Positions 52,219-64,000 of a stretch of 64,000 bases of DNA are shown here, piece after piece (position 1 is the stretch's first letter; every line of letters begins with the position of its first letter). The stretch spans positions 89,902,001 through 89,966,000 of the forward strand of contig OZ076409.1 of assembly GCA_964187785.1 (NCBI GenBank), read 5' to 3'. The position numbers and the translations under genes are program-made. The notes below the pieces were generated by a model. It made no database searches. It was given only the letters and a program-made list of their open reading frames with translations, and had not been told where the DNA came from. The DNA is from Amphiscolops sp. MND2022 (lineage: Eukaryota).

Positions 52219-53423
52219 AAAACACATCTAAGGAGCTGCGCTTGCAAAGCGTGCAAGCTAACTGAAGGAGCTTCTATTACCGAAGGTGCTTTGCAAGTTT
52301 TGATGTTAATTTGTTGTAATACATCCATATTCCAGTAGTTTATCAACAGTTGCTATGATTTGTTCAGTGAGTTGGGGATTATCATTAACTCCTACTTTTT
52401 CAAAATAAAGTAGTTTTAATTGATCTACAAGCTCATCTGGATCAGATGGAAGAAAAACAAAATTTAATCCACTTCCTAATTAGGATTCTCGATAAGGAAT
52501 CTCTCGATTTGGGAAGCCAGCTTTGTATTTATATTGAATAATTAACTCTTTAATGAAATAATATCTCTTTGATTTTTCATCTACATAATTTAGATCATAT
52601 TTCATCATTCAGAAAAGAATGAATTAGATTCTCGCTTTGTATTTCTTTATCTAATTGTGTATTACTTATAAAATATTGAAGATCCGGATCATTTAAATTG
52701 TACGTGTTACCTTTCTGGAAAGTCATCGTTGATCCTTTGATTGGTACTTGTTGCGGATTTTGGGGATTAATTGTGAACTAAGTTGGATTACCTTCACCGG
52801 ATTGCGTAACAGGTTTTAAACTAAATTGACTTTTGTTTTTGTCATTCAGCAGATTAGAGACTGTCTTAACGATACTAGAATTAACTTGGTTTGATTTATC
52901 TAGGTCAGTATCAAATTGAATATTACGGTTAGTAATTTCATCGTATTCTTTAATAGATTTTTGTAAACTGTTTTTATGGATGTTACTAGATTCTCGTATT
53001 GCTTGTACTGTTTCAGAAGAATCACGTAGTGCCTGTATCTGTTTTCATGGATGTTACTAGAATCTCGTATTGCTTGTACTGTTTGACAAGAATCATGTAG
53101 TGCCTGCATCTGCTTTTCAGATGTTTGTTTCTAGTTTTTAGTAGCTTCAGCCTGTTTTACAGTAACAGGTTCAAAAACTTCTTTCATATCATAATGAAAG
53201 TCTTGCTACCCAAGTTCCTCTTTTAATCTTTCAGCTTTCAATGAAGATTTTGATTCTTGCAATTGTTTTTATTTTTCTAAATCATCTCGATTATGAATTG
53301 AATACATAATTTATTTGTTATAGAAAAAATATGCATATTTTTTTAAGCTTCGCAATTATAATAAGTTTGAATTTAAACTTGCGAAGCTTAGAAAAACAAG
53401 TTTTTCTATAATTAATGAATTAA

Positions 53424-53720
53424 TTAATGAATTTTACCCAAATGCAAAGCATTTCCTTGATGAACAAACTCTATAATTTCGATAGCAGTTGCAGCTATCA
53501 TTCGAGGATTTTTACTAGCTGCTGCAGTTCCAATATTTGCTGCTAGCTCTAATGCTTTTCCAGGATTATTTAATATTTTCCTTCCGACAGTTTTGGCGGC
53601 TTTTTCTACACCTCGGAAGAAGTCACCCAATCCTTCTGCTTGTATAGTTTGATCTGATACTTTAAGTGACTTATTTTTTTTACACGTTGAACAAGTACCT
53701 CCTAATAATTTAATTGGCAT
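53424..53720 (-). CDS. Small viral protein with CxxC and a Gly/Ala-rich amphipathic helix (possible core or membrane-lytic protein)
   Basis: GTCSTCKKNKS..AEGLGDFFRGVEKAAKTVGRKIL, next to the minor capsid and protease genes. Confidence 0.45.
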   Translation of the reverse strand: MPIKLLGGTCSTCKKNKSLKVSDQTIQAEGLGDFFRGVEKAAKTVGRKILNNPGKALELAANIGTAAASKNPRMIAATAIEIIEFVHQGNALHLGKIH

Positions 53721-53860
53721 ACCAGTGTTTTATTTTGAGTAATTTCTCCACGAATATTTATGGTAGCGGAATAATGTTTTCCACCAACACAATATGAATT
53801 ATTTTAAAATTTCTTATAACTCATTTATTAGGAAAGAATATTCATTATTTTTAAAAAAAA

Positions 53861-54861
53861 TTAAATCTCGATAATTTGAATTGTAAATGTTAATGTCTCC
53901 CCGTTGAAATCAAGTCTGTTGTTGTTGGAAAAATTGAATGGTGTCCAGTCGTGTTTTGTTTATTTTTTAATACAAAATAATATTAGGTTCTTTTATAATT
54001 TTATATGCTGGAGGAGCACTAAGATTGATACTAAATAGTACTTGTTCTCTAATCCCATTAACAATTGAACCATCTACACAATCACACTTAAGAGGTGCTT
54101 AAGTCTCACTTGTCTGCACTTGAGATCATGACTGGTTTTTCTGATATATAAGATCCTTCTGGGTAATCGGTTTTTGTAAATCCCAAAAGTTTATTTAATT
54201 CAGAATGAAAGTAAAGGTGGAATGAGGTTTTAAAACTGATTTCATTAATATTGTATCTGCTTCTATGTTGAATTTAAAGTCATCAGGATCAGAATAAGAA
54301 CAATTTTTTAAAAGTTTTTGCTTGATGGCATTGTTTATTTCGAATAATTCATGTGCTCCTGGTGGTATTTCTATTTCCAAGCAATCACTTACATATCCAT
54401 GTTCATCAAGTACAATAATAATTGATTTAATTTCATTATTTTGATTAATTTGATCAATTACTTCAATCAACTCGTCATAATAATTTTTGGAAAGTATGAT
54501 CTCTTCAAAATTATCATCATTTAGAAGGTTTTTAATTTCTTCTATTTTTGAAGTTTCAAATAAATGTTTTATCTTTGACATAAATTCAGTGACAGCTTTA
54601 TATTAGTTCAACATTTTTCCTGAAGTAAAAAAATTAATTTTATTGTTCTTTTCAGTAATGTTATAAACTGGATTATATACTTCTAAACTTGTTACTCCCA
54701 TCATCCATATTTCAGGCAATTCCAACGGAATATCAAATGAAAATGATTGTTTTTGTTTTTTCATTTTGAACTCTAGAGTTTCCTGAGGTTTAGAAAGTGT
54801 ATTTTCAACAATTTCTTGATTAGCTTTTGAAATATTCAAAAGAAGATATTCTTTTTATCAT
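53861..54861 (-). pseudogene. Minor capsid (penton-like) protein, disrupted
   Basis: WMMGVTSLEVYN.VYNITEKNN, IPPGAHEL, CVDGSIVNGIREQVLFS and LDFNGETLTFTIQI. Confidence 0.65.
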
Positions 54862-55151
54862 AAGTTACAAAATTTGATAGATCTATTATTAAGAAAAAAA
54901 ACTTTTTCTAAGCTTCGCAATAAAAAAATTGTTTGAATCCGCTAGCGGATATATTATTTATCAATTCTTGGTTTTCTTTTGATAGTGTTTTTTAGTAGCT
55001 TTCTCCTGTTTACCGAAAGCGCTTTGCGTACCGAAGGTGCTTTGCAAACCGAAGGCGCTTTGCGTACCGAAGGTGCTTTGCATGTTTGAATTTTGACTTG
55101 GATTTTTGAGACTCATAATTTTAAATTGAGCTGAATAACTTTTAATTTTTT

Positions 55152-55599
55152 TCATTTATTGAGTTTAAAAGTCTGAGAGTATAAATTTAAAACTGCATTT
55201 TTAAAGCCTATAATTTGTGTAAGATTTAACACATACAAACAATACGCTGCACAATAACTATCATATTTCTGGATTTGATATTCTGAATACAGCCCTGCTG
55301 CCCTCCGGTAAATACCTTTTTTTATTTGTTTCCTTATGTTTACTGGGTGGGCATCCATTTGAATTGAAATAATTTTGATTTGAAAACATAACCCAATGTG
55401 TTCTTTTAGTTGGATGTAATATAAATATTCCTGAAGGTGTGGTAAACTTATCATTTCTCATGTATATCCCGGATGAGTTTAACTTGAGTATACCGAAGGC
55501 ATTTAGCGCATCTAGAATTTCTATTATTTTTATATCAGAAGTTGCTTCATTTTTTAGTCCGTATTTTTCAATAAATTCTTTGAATGACAAATAATTCAT
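55152..55599 (-). pseudogene. Adenain-like cysteine protease, frameshifted
   Basis: THWVMF..YFNSNGCPP, then QIQKYDSYCAAYCLYVL (His...Gln-x5-Cys). Confidence 0.75.
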
Positions 55600-58100
55600 T
55601 TATTAGTAATTTTTTTCCAACACTTGTACCGGAGGCGCTTTGCAAGCGGAGCTCCTTCGGTGTGTCACCACTTGAATGCTGCTTTCATTCCAAAAATTTT
55701 TGCTTCACAAATTTTCTCTTTTACTATACCGAATGCGTAATGAAAGTTAGTGAATTTTTCCTTCTGACAAAAATTTTTGACAAACTTTGTTCATCGATTT
55801 TATACAGCTTTGCTGGCTTTGCAGTTCATGCATATGTCTGTGAAATTTTTAGTTGTGAAAAACGCTAATTTTCAACAATTTACCGTGAAAATATGCTTGT
55901 TTTTATTGTCTATTTATATTTGAAAATATTGTATTTGGATCGGGAACTTGCCTACTACTCCCTAGTTCCATAACGTACGTGAAATTGAGCATGATGATAT
56001 TCGGGCTTCTTACAATGTGGACTCACTTACCAAATTGATCGAAGCATTTCCTTTGACGGTAGGCATGAAATTGTTATTTGAAACAATAGGGCTGTGCTAT
56101 TTGGCAATTAATTAAGTTTGAAAAGTCGTAATTAAGCAACTCTTTCTTGAAGAACATGAAGCCTTGTAGTTTAACACAGCTTGAAGTTCAACTACCCGGC
56201 AAACCGTTTCTCATTTTCGTTACTGAAGATAGGAAATCTCTTTTTGACCGACTCTTTTTTTTCTACAGTTTATGCTTGAAAAAACTAAATTCTTGGAATT
56301 GGACAGTACTTTACACTTGGCTTACTTACCGCCGATGACACTGGTGTCTGGCTCGATTGAGGCTGTGGAATAAGAGTAAGTGGGTTCAAAAGCCGCGCTG
56401 AACCAAAGTTTTTGCTAGCTTGTCAGTGGGTCACCCATGACGTTAGTTCAAGTTTTGAGCTGGTCCAAGATCTAGATTGCATCCAAGGATGCCAAAACTC
56501 TTTCATGCTTTGCTTCATCTTATTTGATTTAAACAACTAATTGAGGTTTGAACCGAAAATTTTTTGTCCGCAGTTTCAGTTTCGACAATTCAAGTTAGTG
56601 AGGAAGAATGTTCAACTTGATCAAATTGTAGGATCTCTGTTGCGTATTCTGCAATTCTTCTAACTGAAACCTGATGTAACGGCAGGTTGTGATAGGTCGC
56701 TTGACGCGTTACAAGAGGTGGAGGAACCTGCAGAATGGGTTTTGGCCCGGGACAAACGCCCATATCCACAAATCCGTTATACCTCAGGGGTAAAATTACC
56801 ACCGATGCCGGGGGAGGAGTCCGGTTTTCCAGAATACATACCAACCGATCCTGGCCTTTGATTGCTGATAGTAACGGGCATCTTCTTGACTCTCTAAAGA
56901 CCTCCCTTTAACTATCATATAAAAACAATGCCAATAATAGTGTGAATTTCCATTTCCAATACAGCTAGAAAGTACAGTTGAAAGCAGTGAAAAAACAACC
57001 AAGCACACATTGAAACGGCAGACCACACAGTTACAAGCTAGGGTTCCAAGTACAATTTTTTTTAGTTTTCGACACTTCAGGCACTATGATGCTAAAATCA
57101 AGAAAAACTGGGAATTAGCACCTACATAAGAGCCTTTTCAGAGGTTTTCACAGTCTCTACGAGCTCTCTACGAACATCTCGTTCTCGGTGTTCTCTCTCC
57201 GTGTGCGCTCGTCCTCGTTCTGCATTCAGAATGGCGGAGACAGCGAAACGAGCAATCACATGGTCACTCATCGAATTAGAAGTTTTCATCAAATTCCTGA
57301 ACATGTTCAATCTCCAATATCGATTGAATTTGTGTACCAGAGGATGCCGTTACATAATGTTCGTTTTTCCATATATTTCTTGTCCCCAAATGTAGTATAT
57401 GTATCTTGATACAGGATATGGTAAGTCTTCTCGTGAGGTGAACAATAAGTACGTAACCTTAATTCCAAATTTTCCTCGACAACTTCTCACATATCGGCGC
57501 TAGTGCACTTCTAATGTTCAAGAGCAAGCCTTCGGCCGAATTCGAATATAAAGCCATGTTCCAACGAGTCCTTTAAGTGGGACGTGAAAAAAAGTTGCCG
57601 TCACACGACATCAAGTCATTGTAGTCTTGTATTTCATTTGGCAGCTTGAATGACTGTGGTATACAAAGTACAAAAAAACAAGACGCTGCACTGGACTGCG
57701 TTTTTTCTCTTTTGTTTCTTTTTTTTCTGTTGTTTTTTTTCATCTTTTGGTCTAACATTTTGGAGAGGATTTTGTTTTCTAACTTGGGGAAGGGGGAATG
57801 AGAAACAAAGTTCAAATACCATTTTGTCAACATTGTTTACGATGGAAATTCGATCCAATAAAATAAGTGATGTTTGTTCCAAGAGTGAGTTTTTGCTTTC
57901 TTTGTCAGAAAATTTTGCCCATTAATTTCATCTGCAAGTTTCGAAACAACTCTAGAGCCATTTCTCTAAATATTAATAGTAATATCATTCGCGCAAGAAG
58001 TTTTTCAAGCATAAAAGTTGTTTTCGTGTTTTTTTTGGGGGGGGGGCTTAGTAGGGAGTTTGCACTTCATTGTGTACAACTGACAGAAAAAAGGAGCAAA

Positions 58101-58308
58101 CCTTGAGAAAATTAGAGTGCTCAAGGCGAGTTTTGGCATTGAATTTTAAAGCATGGTATAATGGAGATGGCCATAATCAGGGCGTGAGTCCAGACGGTAA
58201 TGATTAAAAGGAACAGGCGGGGGCATTTGTATTGTTGGGGGAGGGGTGAAATCCGTAGATCCCAGCAAGACAAACTACCGCGAAAGCATTTGCCAAAAAT
58301 GTTTTCAT
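58101..58308 (+). rRNA. 18S rRNA fragment (V4-V5 region), pseudogene
   Basis: AAAATTAGAGTGCTCAA, AATGATTAAAAGGAAC, GGGGGCATT.GTATT, GGTGAAAT and GCGAAAGCATTTGCCAA.AATGTTTTCAT match conserved eukaryotic SSU blocks. Only about 200 bp. Confidence 0.85.
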
Positions 58309-58529
58309 GGGGGGTATTAATAACATGGTCCTAGTTTTTTCGAAGAAAGAATTTCGAGTATACACAGTTTTTATTTAAAAACATTTCCATATGCATTTAT
58401 TTTTAAATCCGCGAAAGAATAATCTTGTCAGTACATCAGTAGTGTCATCGAAGAGAACCATTCATTTGAACGACTTTTCGAAACCAAATTGTTACATTAC
58501 AGTGCAGAGGCAAGCTATTTTGCTGCTTT

Positions 58530-58880
58530 TCGTGGAATCCGGGACACGAAAATTCAGAAAAGTCGTGGAATCCAGGACAAAATTTCTCTTTGATGTTAAG
58601 CGTGTCTTGGATTCCACGACAATTTAATTCAAGAAGAGATGCCGCGTATCGCGTCAAGCATAAAGTCGTGGAATCCAGGAAATTTATGATTTCTGCAATC
58701 TCATTGGTTCATTTTGCAAAACTTACGTTTTTGTGGAATCCGGGACACCGCTGCATGCCGACAGTGCGTACAGCTAAGCATTTGTTACTGGAATCCACGA
58801 CGAAATCCGTGGAATCCGGGACAAATGACGTAATTCGACAATTTTGCACGGTTAAAGGTATGGTCGTGGAATCCGAGATA
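58530..58880. repeat. Cluster of (GTC)GTGGAATCC motifs
   Basis: About eight irregularly spaced copies, one inverted (near 58608). Confidence 0.7.
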
Positions 58881-60599
58881 TTGAAAGCACAATGTTGCGC
58901 TTTGAGCAAATAAGGCTTGCCTGTGCACTCTAATGTATGCTAGTACGTTGCATCATTACATCGAACTTTGAAAGAAAACGCTACATGTTCTAGCGATACT
59001 ACAACTGAACCACGTGTACGTACAAAACAACGCAACATTCATTTATATTCAGTTGGTACATATCTCAGAGACCGATTTTCTCAGAAATAGAAAATTTGTG
59101 GATTTCCAAATTTGAAAGAATTTGTTTTGCTTCAGTATCTGAAAAAGTGTTATAATTGAACATAACAATTAGACAGAACCGTACTTACCGTTGGTTCACA
59201 TCAATTTCAACAGGATACAAGGCTAGTAGAGTATTTTGTTTTAAATATGACTAGGAAGTGACAAAAACTGATTCGTGAACAAAAAACTGAAAAGCAACAT
59301 TTTCTTTTGCTTTCAATTCTTATGCAACATTATGATTTTCTTAACGAATCTTGTCAAAATCTTGCATATTCCTAAAATTCCCGTTATCTCTTGAAAGCCT
59401 TGATAAAATCTTGCTTCATCTTCAAATGAACATAAGGTAATCTTCTTCAATTCACACAAACCTCTACAGTAAGTAGTGATATTATAAAAAGAACATAAGG
59501 CAAATCTCAAAATCGCACATCTCTGAAACAGAAGGGAAATTATAAAAATTAAAATAGTGAAAGGTACTTCGATTTTTATCTAGTTTACACATATGTTTGC
59601 TTGAAAATTACGCGATGAACAATGTGAAATTTACAGAAGGCCTTTTCTAGCCAAAATTAGGTCAAAATTGAGGTTTTTCTCACTTTTGGACCACTTTTGC
59701 ACAACACTTTTGAGTGCAATTGACCCCTTGATTTTACTGAAGCAGCCGATATGTTTCGATTTAGAAATCTATAAACTTTCGAAGAAATAGGCTGTAAAAT
59801 GAAGCTTTTCCGAAAATACATGTACTAAGACATAATTTTGACCTTTAGCAATTAAAAACAAGCTCATACTAATACAATTTACATTTTCGAGAAAAAATAA
59901 TGTGAGATTGGAAACGTTCGGGAGTATTTTCTGTCAAAACTATTTCGAAATCAAAATTCAGTAAGTGGGTCAAAATTACAAACAAAACTCAAAAAAGATG
60001 TTTTGGAAATCGCTCTCGACCAATGAATTGAGTGCGTGAGAAGTCATCATTCTGCACGAATAAAAAAATTGAGAAAACCCAAACTAGGCCAGTTTATCAA
60101 ACTGTCAGCGAGAGTGGTAGAAGTGATGCACTACTGTTTAAGAGGAACAGTTTTCGTTTTTTGAAAGAAGATTTATAGTTTTTAGGTTTGAAATATGGAG
60201 AAAAAAGAATACAAGAATAGTTAATTTAACTGGGAATTCAAAACAGCAATCTCATTAATGTACTTACAACGATTACCCAATTAGGGCGAGAAAGGAGCAG
60301 TACTGCTTTTTTAGTTATCGCCCTAAAGTATCAACTTTGGCAATTTTAGTTCATCGATTTTTTTGTCTTTGGAGTTTATAAACACTGCAAAATAAATTGC
60401 AAATGTTTGAAATTCCAAACAAAAACATTGTGAAGAGATGTCGATTGTCCATAACATAGAGCGAAACAAGTTTCTGATGAGAATCCTTGAGATGCGACTA
60501 AGTCATGTTTTTAAGATCTAATGGTATACAACTTAGCTCAACCAGTTATAGATTTTCCTTAGGGACGTTTCATCTGATATTTTCTTGGTGACTGTTTTA

Positions 60600-63330
60600 T
60601 AGTAATTTTAATGGAAAAGGCCTTTAGTTTGATTTCTTGCTGAAGATGAAACCTTTTTCATTTCAGGCAACAATTGCACAGCGAGTTCGTGGCGTAAAAG
60701 TTCCTTCAGCAATTCACTAAGATACAGTTCGAACACAGCAGCAAGAATTCCCTCCGCTGTCGAATAGGATGTCATTGATAGGATCCAATTTTGTTTGGAA
60801 AAAGGTTGCTCCCATTATTCGCGCTGAACTCTTTCAATGTTTCCTAAACTCGTTTTGGCCGCAGAATCATAAATCTGTAAGCCAAAACTTATCATCAATT
60901 TCGCGAACACGTGGTAGAGCAACAGCATATACTTGCGTCGATACAGGGAATGGCAACTGTGTATTAGGCCACAAATTTTGTTAGGCTTAACGACGTAATC
61001 GATGTGCTGAATGAACGGTAACCATGTGTCTAGATGAACGCCTAAATACTTACAGGTTGGTTTGAACTTCAGTGACGTATCATTTATTTTCTAAAGCGTT
61101 GGATTTCCGGATCTAAAAATTATCATTTCACATTTGTCTGCCCTAAGTTACCCCTACCAGCAGTTAACCAATCAGAGACTGCATCAAAATCCTTTTGTAG
61201 AGTAAAAGCACTAGTTAGTCCAGCGTTGATCAATGTGGTGTCTTCCGCAAACATGCAAACATTGTTACTTTACTATTACCACTGCTGGTATCAAGATCAA
61301 TTTTGTATAGCAAGAAAGGGAACGGTCCAAGGTATTGATTTCTGAGGAACACCAGTGAGGATCTGTTTATTGTACCTGAAAAATTCCATTTAATAATAAA
61401 TGTTGCCACCGATCACTCTGGTAACTTCTGATCATTGCATATATCGGTCCTCTATAGCCGTTTCGTTCTAGTTTTTTTTGGAGAATTTTGAGTGATCCAG
61501 CGTACCGAATGGTTTTTGAAGGATAATAAAACATGCTTGTCTTGTTGCCTTTTTGTCAATTTCAGATCTGATGAACTCCTGTAATTGAAGCAATGGCATC
61601 TGTGTATGATTTTTGATCGGAATCTATATTGGTTGTTTTAAAAATTTCATATTTTTCACAAAATTTTATCATTCGTTTATGAAATAGTTTTCGAAGATCT
61701 CACTTAAAGCACTAAGTATGCTAGTTGGTCTATAGTTTTCTGGTTTTTTCTGTCGCCTTTTTATGTAAAGGTACTACTCGGCTTTTTCAAAATTTTGAGT
61801 ATTGTACTTTCTTCGATACATTTATTGGCTATTGAGTTTTCAACCACTGGGAAACAGCATTAAAGTATCTCATTCCATCGCAACCAGAGGTTTTTTATTT
61901 TTCATCTGTTTGATTATTTCCATCACTTCTAACTCATTTGTCTTTTGGAAACATCATCGGTTTTTTTGTTATGCAGTATTTTGTATTCATGTCCGTTTTG
62001 GGAAACTTGGATGATAGCAGTGGGCTTATGGAAACAGAATACTCGTTTGTAATTTTTGCTTCGACGAGGCTAGGGTTGGTTGGATGTTTCTTTATATTAC
62101 CTTGAGTGTTCTGTAGACTGCTTTTGGCGATGGCATTACTGTTTCTTGTGATTGCTTCCTGCTTCGCTTGTCCAATCATGGACTTAAATTTATTCCTCAT
62201 TGCCTTGTATGCTTGATGATTTCCAAGGGATGGCTCGTTAATCCACGTCTGGTAGTATTTATTGCGCTCTGTTATTGCTTTTTGTTTATTTTGTTACTAA
62301 TCCAGTCATCTGTTCGCTCTTTTCCTAAAAGCACTAGCCTTGTGATTTTTAATGCCAAGAATGATAATGGAAAGCGTGAACAGATTCGCACCGGAACAGG
62401 AAAATTCCAATGAACTCCACAAGATTTTCATTTCGCCCGAATCAACTACTTTCGAAAGTGATATGCATCACCTCACTGAGTACTTCTTATGCGATCAGCG
62501 TGTGAAGTGGGATCACTTTCGAAAGTAGTTGATTCAGGCGAAATGGAAATTTGTGGAGTTCATTGAATCAACAGTTGGGCGTTATGAGGAGTTTGAGGAA
62601 TGTTTATCAGTTTTGGGTTGAGAGAGTGGTCTGTAAGCCAAATTGCATAGATGCAAAAAGCATGAGTTTTGAAGCGTTAGATAAGAATGTAAGCAACCAT
62701 GTGATGTTGTTGAGTAATGATTTGGGTTTTGGTTTGGCCATTTGGTTGAGTTTTGATGAGGTGACCAGTTTGATTTACCTTTACCGGATTGGAACAATGA
62801 CAACGAGAAGAGCTTGAAAAACATTGTGAATATTTTGAACTGTGTTATTTTTTTGATTGAGATGACTTCTAGGAATTAAGAAAGTTTCTTGATTTTTATT
62901 TCGCAAATGAGAACTTGGGAAATCATAAACGTGGGCAAAACGATGTGACCTACAAAAAAAGACTGTTTTGTCCTCTATTACACGAGCGATTGGAGAATTT
63001 AAAATTGAAATTGAATCTTATGATTAGAATCAACAAGGATTACTGTGATTTTGCTTGTCGTTGGTTTTCTATGGGAAGATACAGGTGATAACATAATCAT
63101 AGATAGCTAGCTACTGGTCATTTTTCTGACTGGTCTGGATTTCTGTTTGCTTTCAATTGTTGTAATAGCTACCGGGTATTTTGATAGTATCTCAATTCGA
63201 TAATTAGCACAAATTACGATTTTTTTCATTATTGCCTGTATGCCACGTAAACAAACCCTCGAGAGGTAAAGTTTTAACCAATGACGGCTTGATTGAACGA
63301 ATCATTAACAAAAGTGGAAATTCTTGTCCC
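60600..63330 (-). mobile_element. Heavily decayed LINE ORF2
   Basis: Minus-strand remnants PENYRPTSILSALSEIF (about 61690-61745), KPFGTLDH, TGVPQKS and MFAEDTT, with many stops. Boundaries approximate. Confidence 0.75.
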
Positions 63331-64000
63331 AGAAAATTTTAAAAAGTGCTACGAAAATAAATGCTAGTCACAAATCTGAAAGGCATCTCAAAAGGGTTTA
63401 AATGTCAGAGGATCAAAAATTCTGAGTTGTATTCCACTGCTACAACCGTTTGTTGTAAGGAATCTAGGCTCTATGTTCATTTTGGGCAGCAACTGTTCTT
63501 TCCATTCTTGAGGGGCTATGTTGATGAAACTTGTTTGATGGGAAGCTAGGCCTTAACGCTCACTCGTGTTTCGTGAGGATGGCAAAGACCGGGGATGACT
63601 TAACGTCCTGGAGCCTGGTGACATAACACCTGCCAAAATTTACAAATGTTCAAAGTAATATTGTACACAAAATAGAAGCTATGGCGAGTACGCAAAATTA
63701 GTGTATAAGACGTCTCAGAACACCAATCCAACACAGAAAACCGCCAGAGTACACCAACACTTGACAGAACGTGCGGAGACCTCCTGTACAGTGGTATCAT
63801 TAGAAAATTCACCTCAGAAATGGGCCAGAGCTGGCTTTTGGCCGCATAATCATGGACTAACATACGCACACTTTGCATGGACTGTTCCGCAGGTCAAAAA
63901 CTAGTTGAGGCCGTAATTCAATGTTTTACTGGCAGCACTCTGTATGTTTGTGCTATTTGGCAGATATTTAGGATATATGATCTGCTAGACTCAGTATTTT

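Larger units (their letters stand above)
26989..55959. mobile_element. Decayed Polinton/Maverick-like endogenous virus, interrupted at 31992/50840
   Basis: Remnants of major and minor capsid, rve integrase, two A32-like ATPases and a cysteine protease. ACTACT at 55954-55959 is the reverse complement of the AGTAGT Polinton terminus. No left end or pPolB is seen. Confidence 0.8.

Noticed and set aside
56335..56445. tRNA gene
   Set aside because: Only a B-box-like GGTTCAAAAGCC with no cloverleaf; at most a SINE relic.
56590..57480. Possible host gene remnant on the minus strand
   Set aside because: Coding-like composition but several stops and no identifiable family.
58530..58880. CRISPR-like GTGGAATCC repeats
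   Set aside because: The motif is only about 9-16 bp, irregularly spaced and in both orientations.
63550..63930. Possible exon
   Set aside because: Short ORFs without motifs or convincing splice context.

Overview
AT-rich eukaryotic (probably invertebrate animal) DNA made almost entirely of nested mobile elements, with spliceosomal GT-AG introns and no clear host gene. (1) 1183-3810 is a 5'-truncated, decayed LINE. (2) 4892-26260 is a 21.4-kb Ty3/Gypsy-type LTR retrotransposon on the minus strand, with 1497-bp TG..CA LTRs, a TTTTG target-site duplication (TSD), an intact gag and a decayed pol. It also carries an extra ORF that ends in the 3' LTR, and an apparently intact antisense gene with 4 introns encoding a BED-finger, hAT-transposase-like protein. 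(3) After a 200-N gap, 26989-55959 is a decayed Polinton-like virus (major and minor capsid, rve integrase, two A32-like ATPases, adenain-like protease). (4) That virus is split in the middle of a gene by an 18.85-kb DNA transposon (31993-50839) with 23-bp terminal inverted repeats (TIRs) starting CATTACAGTG and a 2-bp GA TSD. This transposon is the most interesting system here. It encodes a RAG1/Transib-like DDE transposase predicted to be spliced to a BRCT domain, plus a KDM2/7-like JmjC demethylase with 11 tandem acidic exon units, a PR-Set7-like SET protein fused to a tyrosine-recombinase-like segment, and a Tudor-like protein. (5) The tail has an 18S rRNA fragment, MITE-like repeats and a second decayed LINE. 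All family calls come from reading motifs by eye; no database searches were run.
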